This document shows, in pieces, positions 25,361 to 37,500 of a DNA stretch of 64,000 bases; the stretch's first letter is position 1; the number at the start of each line of letters is the position of its first letter. The position numbers were made by a program, and so were the translations under genes. Source of the DNA: Camelus dromedarius (taxonomy: Eukaryota); contig NC_087437.1 of NCBI RefSeq assembly GCF_036321535.1, positions 23,128,001 to 23,192,000 of the forward strand, given 5' to 3'. The notes beneath the pieces are model-generated. The model worked only from the letters and a program-made list of their open reading frames with translations, did no database searches and was not told where the DNA came from.

Positions 25361-26209
25361 TGAGGGATTCACAATACAGCAGAGTCAGGGCAGGGATGGT
25401 GGTAAACATAGTTGCAAACAGAGGTTCCTAAACAATTGGTGAAAATTGAGCAAATTGATGTCTCCAAAATAATCTAGTAAGTGCTCTTATTTAAATACAT
25501 GAGATACTGTGCAATTTTACCGTTTAAATTTTTGTGCTCTTGTTTTTCTGCTTTATGTAAATTAAGGCATTGATTTGAAACCCAGTTCACCTAGCACTAA
25601 ACAGGCCCTGCTCTGAAATTCCAGGATGCTAGGGAAAAGCTTTTGCTAAAAGCAGATTCCTTCCCTGTTCCTCACTTTGTATTCTTATGGCCTCACATTT
25701 GCTCCCGGAATTCTCAGATTTCAGGTTCCAACCATTGCTCAGCTATTGACCCTTTTGCTTTCACTGTGAGAGTGACAAGTAGGTGACAGAACAGGAAATG
25801 TGTAGGTGAGCTATTGCAGAGCTCCCTTTGAAGGGTGTCGCAGATTTTAGGAGAACACTCTGAGCCTTTATGTAAATTGTTACCTGGCTGTTTGATCGTA
25901 GAACCTTGCAAATGATTGTTGACTCACTTTATTAATCTATGACTGCAAATTTCATAGGCTAACTTTAAAAAAAAGTCTTAGGAAATGTCACTACCCCCTC
26001 ACCATCCCCCCAACTCTCACCACCACCCAGGAAGATTCCAAACTTTCATAAATTTATTCTAATATTTCATAACAGAAGGAAAAAGCAGTCGAAGGCTGGG
26101 ACTTTCTGCCACTTTGTATTTTAAAAAGCCTTACAAAGATAAGAATCTGCATCGGGGAATTGAATTTTTCTGGCTTTATTAAGTCATACGAATACAGTGA
26201 CAATTATGC

Positions 26210-26430
26210 TGATAGGTAACATGCATTGAGTCCTTGTGATATGCTTCTGGGAACTGTGCTTAATAAACACTTTAACATTTATTATCTCATTTAATCTTCA
26301 CAAACAGCACTTAGATGCAGAGTTCCTATCAGCCCCTTCATGCTGATGAGACTAGGAGATTTTAAATAACTTGCTCTGGGTTGTGCCATTAGTAACAGAG
26401 TCAAGTCTTAAAACCTGCAGTCTCATTCTA
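26210..26430 (-). mobile_element. MIR SINE
   Basis: attatctcatttaatcttcacaa...tgatgagactaggag...taaataacttgctc. Confidence 0.65.
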
Positions 26431-26512
26431 GGTTCTGTACATAAATCTCTAAGTAAAAAGGCAAAAAGTCCAAGCAGCTACCTGGATGTTTGGGCAATTA
26501 GGTTGGCTACCT

Positions 26513-26895
26513 GCTGTGGTCGTCTGCTAGGGCTACTGTAACAAAATACCACGGAACAGGTGGTTTAAACAACAGACATTGATTTTCTCGCAGTTCTGGA
26601 GGCTGGACATCCAAGATCAAGGTGTCAGCGGATTTGGTTTTTCCTGAGGCCTTTCTTCCAGGCTTGCAAATGGCTAACTTCTCTCTGTGTCCTCACGTGG
26701 CCTTTTCTCTGTGCATGCCCATCCCTTTGTCTTATAAAGTCACTAGTTGTACTGGATTAGGGCCCACCTTATGACATCATAGAATGTTAATTATATTTTT
26801 TAAGGTCTCACCTCCAAATACAGTCATGTTCTGAAGTATGTTGGGGGTTAGGACTTCAACATATGAGTCTTGGGGGTGGGGAATGCAGCAAGACA
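26513..26895 (-). mobile_element. MaLR LTR (MLT1A/B-like)
   Basis: gctagggctactgtaacaaaataccac...gcagttctggaggctggacatccaagatcaaggtgtcagc...ggattagggcccacc...gttaggacttcaacatatga. Confidence 0.88.
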
Positions 26896-27139
26896 CTTGC
26901 TATCATAGACATGAAATAGCTCAGAGACTGAGTTTTCATATTTATAGAGCTGTATCAGCAAGTGTAGGTGAGTATAGGTCACCGGTTTATCTGTGATGTT
27001 AGTATAAAGTTACTGTCATTCTTTAGTCCACTCAGTCAACATGACAAAACAAACACAAAACTCCACAACACTGTTCAAGGATGGATAAAGAGAAAAAAAT
27101 GCCAAGAACGAATCCTTGTAAGTTATGGGAGAAAGGATG

Positions 27140-27517
27140 CAAAGTCTCTCTGGGTTGACTGGGCTTGGACAGTCCACTGGGCTCCCTCATGCACTTGCAG
27201 TGAGCTGGTGGTCAGCTGAGGGATGGCTGGTCCTAAATACCCTCAGCGGGACTGAATCAGCTCTCTTCCTTGTGGCCTCTCACCTTCCAGCAGGCCAGCC
27301 CAGGCTTGTTCTCACTGGAAGAGCACACAGACCCTTGAGGCCCAAACTCCTTTTTGACACAGTCAGTCCTGCCATATTCTATTGTCCAAAGCAACTCAGA
27401 AGGCTCAGTTCAGCGGGTGGGGGGATAGATGCCATCGGGTGGGAGGAGCTGCAAAATCAAGAGCTAGATTACAGTAGGGGACGGATTAGGGTTATTTTCA
27501 TGAACATTCCATCACAC
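27140..27517 (-). mobile_element. MaLR LTR (MLT1G/H-like)
   Basis: ctcatgcacttgcagtgagctgg...ccagcaggccagcccaggcttgttc...ctgccatattctattgtccaaagcaa...gggaggagctgcaaa. Confidence 0.75.
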
Positions 27518-28319
27518 ATACCTTTAGGCTAGTCCGAGTCTCTGTCTGGTGACCCCACAGCACATTCCAGGGCACCGATATATCCAAGGAAAATGGAGTG
27601 GGGCGAGCTGGCCTCTCATTTGGGGTAGTAATGGGGCAGCCTTCCACCCTGTAGTTGGAACTGATCTGACTCCCTAATTCTGAACAGGGATTAATGACAC
27701 TTATTTTAACTTCAGAGCGGTCACTAATAGTTAAAACCGAGAGCAACATGGACTGCGGCATGAAGCCCACGGAAGACCAAGGTTTGGGACAAGATAATGG
27801 ACACGTTATTATATAATACAAGTCATATAAAATTTAAAGCTAAAGGCAGGACAGAATAACAAAGCGCAAAACCTGAAAGAGAACCTGACACATTATCCCT
27901 TAGGCACAAGCAAATTAGAATTTTTGGTTGAAAAGTAGATGAAGCTTGTTATAGATTCTGAGCTGCATCCTGTGACGGAGGATGTGTGTGGCTTTGACAG
28001 AGCACGGAGCTTCAGCAGGAAACACCGCCAGATTTCACGGGGTGCTTCTCGTCCTGTCAGCCCTGCCATCCTCCTTCCATCACCCAAGTCCTTAAAGAGC
28101 CCACGTGAAATATTAAAATGTTGGGTAGTTATATAAAATCACTCTGGAGTATATCAGTTTTGTTCATTATTATTAATCAGAATAAACAACACGTGCTTCA
28201 TCTGCATTTTATCAAAATGTACATGCTTTGGAGAGATCACCAAACATCATTCTCTCTCTTTTTTAAAAATGGTCAGGGGACACATTTTTTTTTCTAATTT
28301 TGGATTAGGCAAATTATAA

Positions 28320-28620
28320 AGGCAGTAGAATGTTGTATTCGGAGAAAAAGCAAAAGAAACTAGAATAGTTTAGACCACAAAGCACAAGGTCATTAAAAAT
28401 TTTTCAAGAATGGGAGAGCTTATTATGGAGAGGATGAAAACCATTTGCAACTTAACAGAAGTGAGAACATTAGCAAGTGAATAAAAAACTGTAGAATTAA
28501 GGAATCTGGCTGGATATAAAGAAGATCCTCCCCGTTGGGAGAAGTAATAAACCTTCCCTGAATGTCTTTCAGTGTCAAGGATATGTGAATCATAACCTTC
28601 CTACAAATTTGAGATTCTGT
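28320..28620 (+). mobile_element. L3/CR1 LINE 3' fragment
   Basis: gaaactagaatagtttagacc...atctggctggatataaagaag...ccttcctacaaatttgagattctgt. Confidence 0.45.
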
Positions 28621-28739
28621 TTTACTGGTTTGAGTCTGTATTTTTCCATTTTATCCACGATGAAAATGTAGTATAAAAACTTCCCTTTCTGTAGTTTTGC
28701 TGCTTATAAATTTCTGTTTGTATTTTTACATACCTTATT

Positions 28740-28900
28740 TCACTTTTTCCACAATACCCCTAGAGCATGGGATTAGGCTTTATCATTTCTTGTATGTGTG
28801 TGTTTAAGATGAGGAAACTTGAACACAAGCATTTTAAGTATCTTGCCCAAGATCAAATAAATAGTATTAAATCTGATGCTTTTTAAATTAAAATTTTTGA
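28740..28900 (-). mobile_element. MIR fragment
   Basis: agatgaggaaacttgaacacaagcattttaagtatcttgcccaagatca. Confidence 0.6.
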
Positions 28901-29599
28901 TCCACTTTGCTATTTAACTGTAATATGGACTTGAATAAGGACAGATTTCTTATTTTTACTCACGTCTTACTTGGAGAATTTTGTGGCATCCTCTGAGGAT
29001 AGTGTCATCCTCCTACACAATAAATTCAGTGCCTTCTGGTTGCAGATCAAACTCCAGACTCCTCAGCCGGAGTTCAAAGAGCTATAGATTCTCTCCTGTC
29101 CTCCTCCCCCTGTCTTCCACTTCCCTAGCCCCCTAGCATTCCCTTCCCCATCCCTGCCACCGCCCTGAGTACAGGGTGGATGATACAGAATGTGAGGCAT
29201 GGAGTATTCTTAATTCATATGTAAACTTCTATTAAAAATTACAAGAAATCCTCGACAAGAAAGAGAAAACTATCTTGCTCCTGTGCATCTTTGGAAGGGG
29301 CACTGATTTAAAAGTATCCGTGATGTCATTTTAATATATAGGTAGTTCTCCAAGCAGCCGGCGCTGCTCTCCCAGAGGAGTATTCATCTGGCAGCTGAAG
29401 AATCACGCTTTCTTTTGTCTAAGCATAAATCTTGGTGTGGGAGGTGACAGGGTGAAAGTCTGTGCCCGAGAAAGATCATGGCTAGCTTCCTTTCACATAC
29501 AAAGAGGATAACAGAGTTGAGTATTTCATGTACTAATTTTTGTGTATCTTCTCCATTTAAAATGTATACTCTGTTTTTATGTCTTTAAACTCTACTTTC

Positions 29600-29850
29600 C
29601 TGGACAGGTAAAATAACCATAGATTTAGGGTCAGACAAACCTGGAGATCATCTTGGTTCTACGATCTACCAGATGGACAGTCTTGGGCAAGTCAGACAGC
29701 CTTTCCTAAAGTCAGTGTCTTTGCTGTCAAATGAACATAGTCAATTATCTACCTAACAAAGTTGTTACTAGGATTAAATAAGATGCACTGATGACCAGCC
29801 CCACAATGCTTTTCCGACACATACTCGGAACTCAGTCAAAGGATAATTAG
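29600..29850 (+). mobile_element. MIR SINE
   Basis: gtcttgggcaagtca...ctacctaacaaagttgttactaggattaaataagat. Confidence 0.6.
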
Positions 29851-29984
29851 AATAATGACAGTGCTTTTTGTTCCAGTTTTTCCAAAATGGCTTCATTTTT
29901 GTAAACACTCATTAATCTCCATTTCTATCTGTACCTTGTCCTTCCATATTACTGTATACAAGAGCACTTTTAGTATTCATAGAT

Positions 29985-30890
29985 GAATGATTTAAGCATG
30001 TATTGAACAGCTTCTGCACATTGGACCAGCTGCATTGGGGATGTCAAATACACAGGTAACAATTAGAGTAAGGACACAACTTACAAAGTGCTAAGTTGGG
30101 GGGTATATGGAGCAAATGTGGTAGGATCCCAGTAAAGAGAGACTCCAAGTTATGATAGTCCAGGACATGATGGATGCAAGGTGACTTAAGTTGAGGCTGG
30201 ACGGATGGACTGGATGTAGCCAGGCAGAGCAGAGAAGACTGAGCCTTCCAGGGTGGGGAGCGGCAAGAGTGGAAGCACAAGTACCAACATGTACATGGCG
30301 GTGCCCTGATGAGACTGCTCTCCTTGAGCCAAGGATGTGTTTAGGGCACAGAGGTGTGTGGGAGCACGTGTGTCTTTTTATAGGAATGAGAGATGCACAT
30401 TGTAAAGGGCCTTCAAGACCAAGTGAGATTTGACTTTGATTCAAAACAGCAAGGAGGCAGTAGAGATTCAAGAGCAAAACAGTGCTGTAAATGAGACCTT
30501 TTGCCTGTTGGTCACGTGTAGAATACATTGGATGAGAAAAGAAAAGCTTATTCAGCAGCTTTTGCTGCAGCTCATGTTGTGATCGTGAAACTCTTTACTT
30601 GGTTGTCCTCGGGATGAGGTCAGGAAGACCTTAAGAACCAGGGAGGTTGGTGGTGGGAAATTATTCACAAGACTTAGAGATACACAAGTGATACAGGGAG
30701 ACAGGAAAACTCCAGTGTTCCTGGGCTGCAAGACCACTGATTGGTGAGACTCTCGTGTTAAGTTGGGAAGAAGGTCTGTGTTTTAGGAATATCCTGAGCT
30801 AGGTTTTGAGAATGCTGAACTGAACACTGAAGAGCACACACACAGAAATGTCCATCAGGAATGTGTAGATGCTGGGATCAATTACATTTA
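29985..30890 (-). mobile_element. L2 LINE fragments
   Basis: gtgacttaagttgagg...gtagccaggcagag...tttgactttgattc...; purine-rich antisense L2 pattern. Confidence 0.55.
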
Positions 30891-30896
30891 AGGCAG

Positions 30897-31050
30897 AGGA
30901 GGAGGGCATAGCTCAGTGATAGAGTGTGTGCTTAGCATGCATGAGGTCCTGGGTTCAGTCCTCAGTACCTCCATTAAAATAAATGAGTAAATAAACCTAA
31001 TTATCTCCCCCTAAAACAAAAACAAACAAACAATAATTTTTTTTAAATAA
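30897..31050 (+). mobile_element. Vic-1-type camelid tRNA-derived SINE with TSD
   Basis: ggagggcatagctcagtgatagagtgtgtgcttagcatgcatgaggtcctgggttcagtcctcagtacctcca...aaacctaattatctcccc + A-rich tail; TSD core tttaaggcag at 30887-30896 and 31059-31068. Confidence 0.92.
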
Positions 31051-31748
31051 TATTTATGTTTAAGGCAGGATCCTTGATGCTATCCTGAACCTGAACTGAA
31101 ACCCTAGCCTCTGGTCTCAACTCTACTTCTAACCCTTCTATGAATTTTATTCATAAATGATGACAAGAAACAACTGGCACAAATCAAAAGAGAGAGCCTG
31201 AATCTTCAGCCAGTAGAGATGGAGTTCATTCTCTAGTTGCTTCCAGGCAGCCCTTGCATTAATGGATTTGAGAGTCACCAATAGTTATGGTGAAGGAAGG
31301 GTCTCTTTGATGTCTTTGTCTCAGATATAGTGAGGAATTCCATTTCTTCATGAGTTTTGTAGGATCTAAACTTCCCCAATCCTTCATAAACCATAAATTA
31401 AAAATGAGCACATCTTTCTGGTTTTGAGTCAACTGAGCCACTGAATAGAAGAACCCATGTTATGTCAAGATTCTCCCTCCTCTTATATTAACTGAATTTT
31501 ATAAGTTGATAAGAGGTGAGTAGTTGACTTCATGAAAATCCAATCAAGTGCCTCCTGATCTGATGCATTCCAGGCCTTCATTCTGTGAGGTTATTTGGCT
31601 TATTCCTGATGAGTTCAAGGTAGATTGACTATAATTTTTTAAAGTATCCAACAACTTGTACGTGTTCTTTACAATGTACCTAAGTATAAATGTCAGGTTA
31701 TCTAGTTTCTACCTTCATCTTCTTTTTTTAATGAATGTTTTCCCTCAG

Positions 31749-32175
31749 TTTTTTTTTTAACTTTATTTATTTATGTATTTATTTTACAATATCATATTTA
31801 TAAACTGAAGTATAGTTGATGTGCAATATTATATGTTACAGGTATATACTATAGTGATTCACAGTTTTTAAAGGTTAGGGTATAGTTATTATAAAACATT
31901 GGCTATATTCCCCATGTTGTATAGTACATCCTTGTAGCTTATTTTATACCTGAGAGTTTGGACCTCTTAATCCTCCACCTTGCCTCTCCCTCTTCCTTCT
32001 CCCCGCTGGTAACCACTAGTTCCTTCTCTACATCTGTGACTTTGTTTCTTTTATGTTATATTCCCTAGTTTGTTGTATTTTTTTAGATTCTACATGTAAG
32101 TTGTATTGTACAGTATCTGTCTTCCTCTGACTCATTTCACTTAACATAATGCCCTCCAAGGCCATCCATGCTGCA
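31749..32175 (-). mobile_element. Cetartiodactyl-type L1 3'UTR and tail (same subfamily type as the copy at 8.9-9.6 kb)
   Basis: poly-T, then aagtatagttgatgtgcaatattatatgttacagg...gtgattcacagtttttaaagg...cttaacataatgccctccaaggccatccatg. Confidence 0.9.
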
Positions 32176-32225
32176 CACCAGAAACTAATAAAACATTTTA
32201 TATCAACTGTACTTCAATTAAAAAG
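32170..32225 (+). mobile_element. Short L1 extreme 3'-tail fragment
   Basis: gctgcacaccagaaactaataaaacattttatatcaactgtacttcaattaaaaa resembles the L1 tail seen at about 63938-64000. Confidence 0.7.
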
Positions 32226-32555
32226 CTAGCAAACAAACAAACAACCCATTTAAAATATGGGCAGAAGAACTGAACAGACATTTTTCCGAAAGAGGAAATG
32301 CAGATGGCCAGCAGCAACATGAAAAGTTGCTCTGCATCACCAGTATCAGGGAAACGCAAATCAAAATCACAGTGAGACACCATCCCACACCTGTCAGGAT
32401 GGCCATCATCAAAAAGAGCACAAGTAGCAAATATTGGCAAGGATGTGGAGAAAAGGGAACCCCTGTACACTGTTGGTGGGAATGTAAATTGGTGCAGCCA
32501 CCATGGAAAACAACATGGAGGCCTCTCAAAAACCCCAAAACAGAATCACCACATA
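32226..32555 (+). mobile_element. L1 ORF2 C-terminal fragment
   Basis: Translation [62 protein letters not shown] is the L1 ORF2p Cys-rich C-terminal region. Confidence 0.92.
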
Positions 32556-33901
32556 CCTTCCTCTTCTTAAAACAAGTCACATGCTCAGAAGTGTGTCTCC
32601 ATCACTTCTTAGTCTTCCTTTTAATAAATAGGACTTGTGGCAAGAGAGTCTAAGATACAGACTATTTACTGACCATTAAATTAGTTTTTGTGTCTTGTTG
32701 TGATTGTCTTAAAGATCAACTCACCTCTTTCAAAGCCCAGAGGTACTTTGAGGGATGACATCTTCCAGATTCCTTCCAAAGATGATGCATATTGGAAAAA
32801 AAATGTAGAAGGACACCTGGAAAGCCATCACTCAGAGGAATCCTTACAGGGGAGGGTCTTAAAGAGAGGTTGGATGCCGCTGATTCCCCTCCTGCTTCCC
32901 CCAGAAAGCCCATGATGCCCTCGTGATACATAGCTGCAGTGAATTCTGTCATTTCCAGCGCTCCTGACTTCCTCCAGCAGCACACCTGCCCCGCGTGCAC
33001 TAGGCACAGTATTTTTCTAAACAGAAAATGATGAAATGGACACTGCAGTTCATTGAGGATCCCAGCAATGGAGGGGAGGGTGATGTTGCCCCCAGGTTAA
33101 TTTGCCAATTCTACTTCACGGACAAGGGAAATTATCTCCCTTTTAGAAACTTGTAGAGTGTCCCATCAAACCTTTCTTATTCCTTGTCATAAATGGGTCG
33201 GGTAGGAGGAGATGTTCCCAGAGAAAACTTTTATTTCGTTTCCTAAGCTGGGAAGCACACAGTATGGTGACTCAGTGTTTTCTTACTATTCAGAACCTGT
33301 CCTGTGCATTATTTCTAGAAAATCATATGCAAAGATTGTTTCCATTTAAGAATGGTTCCCATTTAAGATGGTTTCTGCTGCCTCATAAGCTATATTTCTC
33401 TTTCTGATTGATGGAGTGGAATAATTCTAGGGTGAATATGATATAAGGCTAAGAGATCAACATTATTTCCTTGGTGAACTGATTATGTTCCTCTGAATTT
33501 ATAGTTCCTACCAGGACTTCAAATTAATATGGTGGATGCACTTAGTTATTCTGATTGTGCCTTACGTTTAAATGCAGGCAGCTTAGACATTAAATGATCC
33601 ATGTTTATAACTCATAATCCCATGGTAGGTCCTGTAAACAAGAGGAGATAATTGGTATCATGTCTTAATACAAAATGTTTTTGAAATAGCAGTGGATGAC
33701 TATGTTGGATACTGTATTCTGTAACATGAAATGCATGTCTGGCAGCCATCTATTATTCATTGTATCAGTATGTATTCAACTCAACACCTGACTCCCCTGT
33801 TCACATCTAGGACAAATGAACACATGTACCAATAGCTTGGGAAAGTTATGTGTAGTGTATATACGCATAAGTAATAAATTATCTATGCGTATATGTGAAA
33901 T

Positions 33902-34528
33902 TGATGCAGGAAAACAGATGTGGGGCGTGAGAAGGGCCGAGTCCCAGGCTTTGGTTGAGCCCCTGGGACGTGCCCGCCAAGTGTGGGTCCTTGGTTTCGC
34001 GCAGGAAAGAATTCAAGAGCGAGCCACAGTTGAGTAAAGGTAGATTTATTTAGAGAGATACATTGAAAGGCAAGAAAAAGGCCACAAGGTGTGGGGGTTG
34101 GGTGCTCAGATTAAAAGTAGGTACACATTCTATAGACAGAATGTGGGCCTGTCTCGGAAGAGGGAGAGAGAGGCAGCCACGAGGCACCCTGTTGCTGGTT
34201 TTTATAGGCTTGATGGTTTCATATGCTAATAAGTGGAAGGACCAGTCTAAGTAGCCTGGGGAAGGGGCTGGGATTCCCTGGAAGTTGGCCATTTCCCACT
34301 CTTTGACCTTTTGTGGCTAGCCTTGGGACTGCCATGGTGCCTGTGGGCGTGTTATTCACCATGCTAATATGTTACAGTGAGCGTATAATGAAGCTCAAGA
34401 TCTGCTAGAAGTCAAATCTCCCACCATCTTGAGCCTCAAGGCCTACTGGGGGTTGAGTCTTTCACCATTTTGATGTTAATTGCTGTAGCATTCCTTGAAT
34501 GGCTGTGCCCTGCCCTCTTCCTGTCTCA
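33902..34528 (-). mobile_element. ERV1-type solo LTR, 627 bp
   Basis: TG...CA termini with imperfect terminal inverted repeats (tgatgcaggaa / ttcctgtctca); 4-bp TSD AAAT (33898-33901, 34529-34532); minus-strand TATA (cctataaaa, about 34199-34208) and AATAAA (34045-34050); several CpGs retained. Confidence 0.88.
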
Positions 34529-37500
34529 AAATTACTATATAGAATTAATGTGATTTAAGAATTGTATTTATGCATTTAAGTTCATAATAAAGAAAGCTTT
34601 TTTTTTTTTTTTCAAATGTACAGCCTTTCTATTTTTGAAGGTGAGTTACTGGGAGAGGGGAAATTAATTGTAAAGGTTGTGATTTTTGGAGGGGGCAATT
34701 GATGCTACTTTTGCAAGTTATAATATTGCTTAACATTCTCTTTACCCAAATATAGGATATTAGAACTAAGAACATTTTTGAAATGACCTTCCCTAAGCTT
34801 CTCAGATTCCAGGTCAGTCAATAGAGGCCCCAAGCGCCAAATGACACAAGTGGGTCAGGCCACTCCTCCTTGCCAGACCTGACACTCTGACCCAGTTTAT
34901 TGCTCTGGCTACTTTATGTTTTGTAGTTACTTTAACCACAGATGCCTGCAAAGTGGAATCTCAATTCCTGCCTTCTGTGGCTATGGTTGTCTTCAGGGTT
35001 TTTCCTAGGGTAAACTAAAATAACTGAGAATTTGCTAGGTTCTGTATTTTTCATCCTGAATTGTGATCTCCACGCAAAAGCAAAAGAAAATATCATTGTG
35101 ACAACCTCATATTATTGTTTTGAAAAAAAAAATACTAAAGAAAAACAGTTGTGTTTGCCTTACGTCTGTGGATACAACCCTGAACAAAGGTTGAGTCAAA
35201 AATCTCTTTTCCTTTCAATACTGATCACCAAGATCATGAGAGCAAAAGCCCGCACTAACACTACTGCACAGTTTTCTCTGTTGTGAGGACAAAGCACCTC
35301 AAGTCAGGGTCCAGAAGCTGCCCATTGAAAGGACTGGAATCTGAATGCTATCCTGGGGTATATTGAATATATCTGGGGATTTGTTGAACGCATAATTTAT
35401 TCTGGGCAATTTTTTTTTTTATTTTGTAGGGGTGTGAAGAAATGCCCTTTAACTCTTGAGATAATTGATGTTAACTGGGGGTAAATGTAATGGCAATAGA
35501 AATGCATGTGCATATATTTAGATAGAACTTGACTCACTGGTGACTTCATTAGCATAACAGCTGCAGGCTGGAATTTATCACTTTCATATGACTCATTTGA
35601 TACCCAGAACATAGAAACTGCTAGCTACTATGTGTACATTTGTCCTTAAATTGTTGATTAGCTGCTCTTTAAATGATTTGTGTAGTCATTCCCCAAAGCC
35701 AAAAAGCTAGCAGTGTATGGAGGTGGCTCCTTGAACACCGTGATGCACTGAGTAAGTGTTCTCCACTTACTCCACTGTTTTCCAAAATTATAACCAGTAG
35801 TCATAGATCTGCGATGTGATTATCATCTGACATATTACTTTGTATTTACCTTTCAGGACGTTATTATATATTTCTCTGGACTGTACAAGGAAGTGCAGGA
35901 GAACCTAGTTTAACACATTTAGTTACTTAATAGTCCAAAGTTAACATATGCTACTTTTAAATAATCTCATTTCTGTTTGTTTTTGTTCTTTTTGTGATTT
36001 TCACTCCAGAAGCTACAGAATATCTACTTATGCAGGGGGATAATTTGAATCCAAAACATACTAATTTTTTTCCACAAATGTATCTCCAAAGAACAAGGTG
36101 TTTCCTTAAAATATGAGGAAACTTGTATCCATTCCTTTGTCTTCTCTGATATTTAACTTTTTCTTCCTTTATTGTCAGTGCTCTGCTTAGAGAGGCTGCA
36201 GTTTGGAAAAGCAGGTTTTATCCAGCTGCTCCCCATCAATTACTGGAGAGCTAAATATTGGCAGAGGCTACTCTGCCACCGTCAGTCATGTCAGTCTCGT
36301 GGAATGGTGGGTCTTCAACTCCTGAATGCTGCTATTTCTGGCATTGGTCTTCAGTAGATTCAGGGCAGAGAAACAGGAGGGGAGAAGGGCTTTCCTTGCA
36401 GGCTAGGACTCCAAGTACTTGCCTGGCTTCAGACTCAGGAGTCTTGCTGGGAGCTCTGCTATCAGGGAGCCAGTGCCTGCAGTTGGTAACAGCTGCTGCA
36501 CTTGGCTTTTCCTTGCACGTGTTGAGGGAGTGTTCTGTGTTCCCTGCCTTCTCACTCCACTGGCCAGAAATAAGCAGAAGCTGTGTACAGCGGAAGCAGC
36601 AGCAGAGAGGTCTTACTTCACTTCCGTCTTCATTTCTCAAGTTCAGCGTCTCAGTGAATCATATTGGAGTTTTCAAAGAGGGACCATTATGTCTTCTCCT
36701 TACAATCTATTACTCTTCAGGAAAATGCTCTGCATTATGATGATACTATTCCCCCACGAAGAGAACATACCTGCAAAACAGAAACTTTAATAATAATTAA
36801 CATGAACATAGGATTTAGAAGCATACAGAGTACTTCACATACATTGTTTTCTTATATTTAATACTTAACACGCTTTGCAGTAGACATTTTGATGAAATGG
36901 GAGCTAAAATAACCTAAATGATCTTCCTCCCAAATTCCACAGCCAGTTAAGAAGTGGGTTTAGAACTTGACTCTATGTAGACCCCAAATTTCAGACTTAA
37001 TTCCAAGGGTTATAGTCACTCCTGTGTGAATAGTCAGTAAACCAAGCATGACATGAAGTTATAATGTATTACTATTTTTATTAAATTATGTATCAGTTAC
37101 TACTTTTGTTGAATTAAGTATCTTATTTTTGGTATGATGTTCAAAGGTTATATTTAATGAAAGTATGTTTTAACAAGTTTCATTTATTTCTTTGTATTTC
37201 TGCATTTTATTTCATTTGCATTTCTGTGTTTGGGATGTAAAAATGTTAACATCCTGTACAGCACAAGCTGTGCCAGGTTTTATAGGTCATCTCAACTTTG
37301 AGTACAGTTAATCTTACTGTTGCTATGCAAAAATCTATAATAAGATCCCATCTGCTTTTATAATTGCTCAAGAAAAATACATTATTGGTATCATTTGGAT
37401 GAAGTGGAATTTAAATGAAATTGTCCTGATGAAAATTATTACTTTTGGAGCTGGCTGTTGTTTATAATCTTCTGAATACCTGATTCAAGATAATATATTT

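Noticed and set aside
30897..30975. tRNA-like sequence (also 15035-15110)
   Set aside because: It is the head of a SINE with body, A-rich tail and TSD, not a tRNA gene
35840..35930. Strong acceptor-like tttgtatttacctttcag followed by short open frames
   Set aside because: All frames stop within about 25 codons, there is no convincing donor, and no peptide is recognisable
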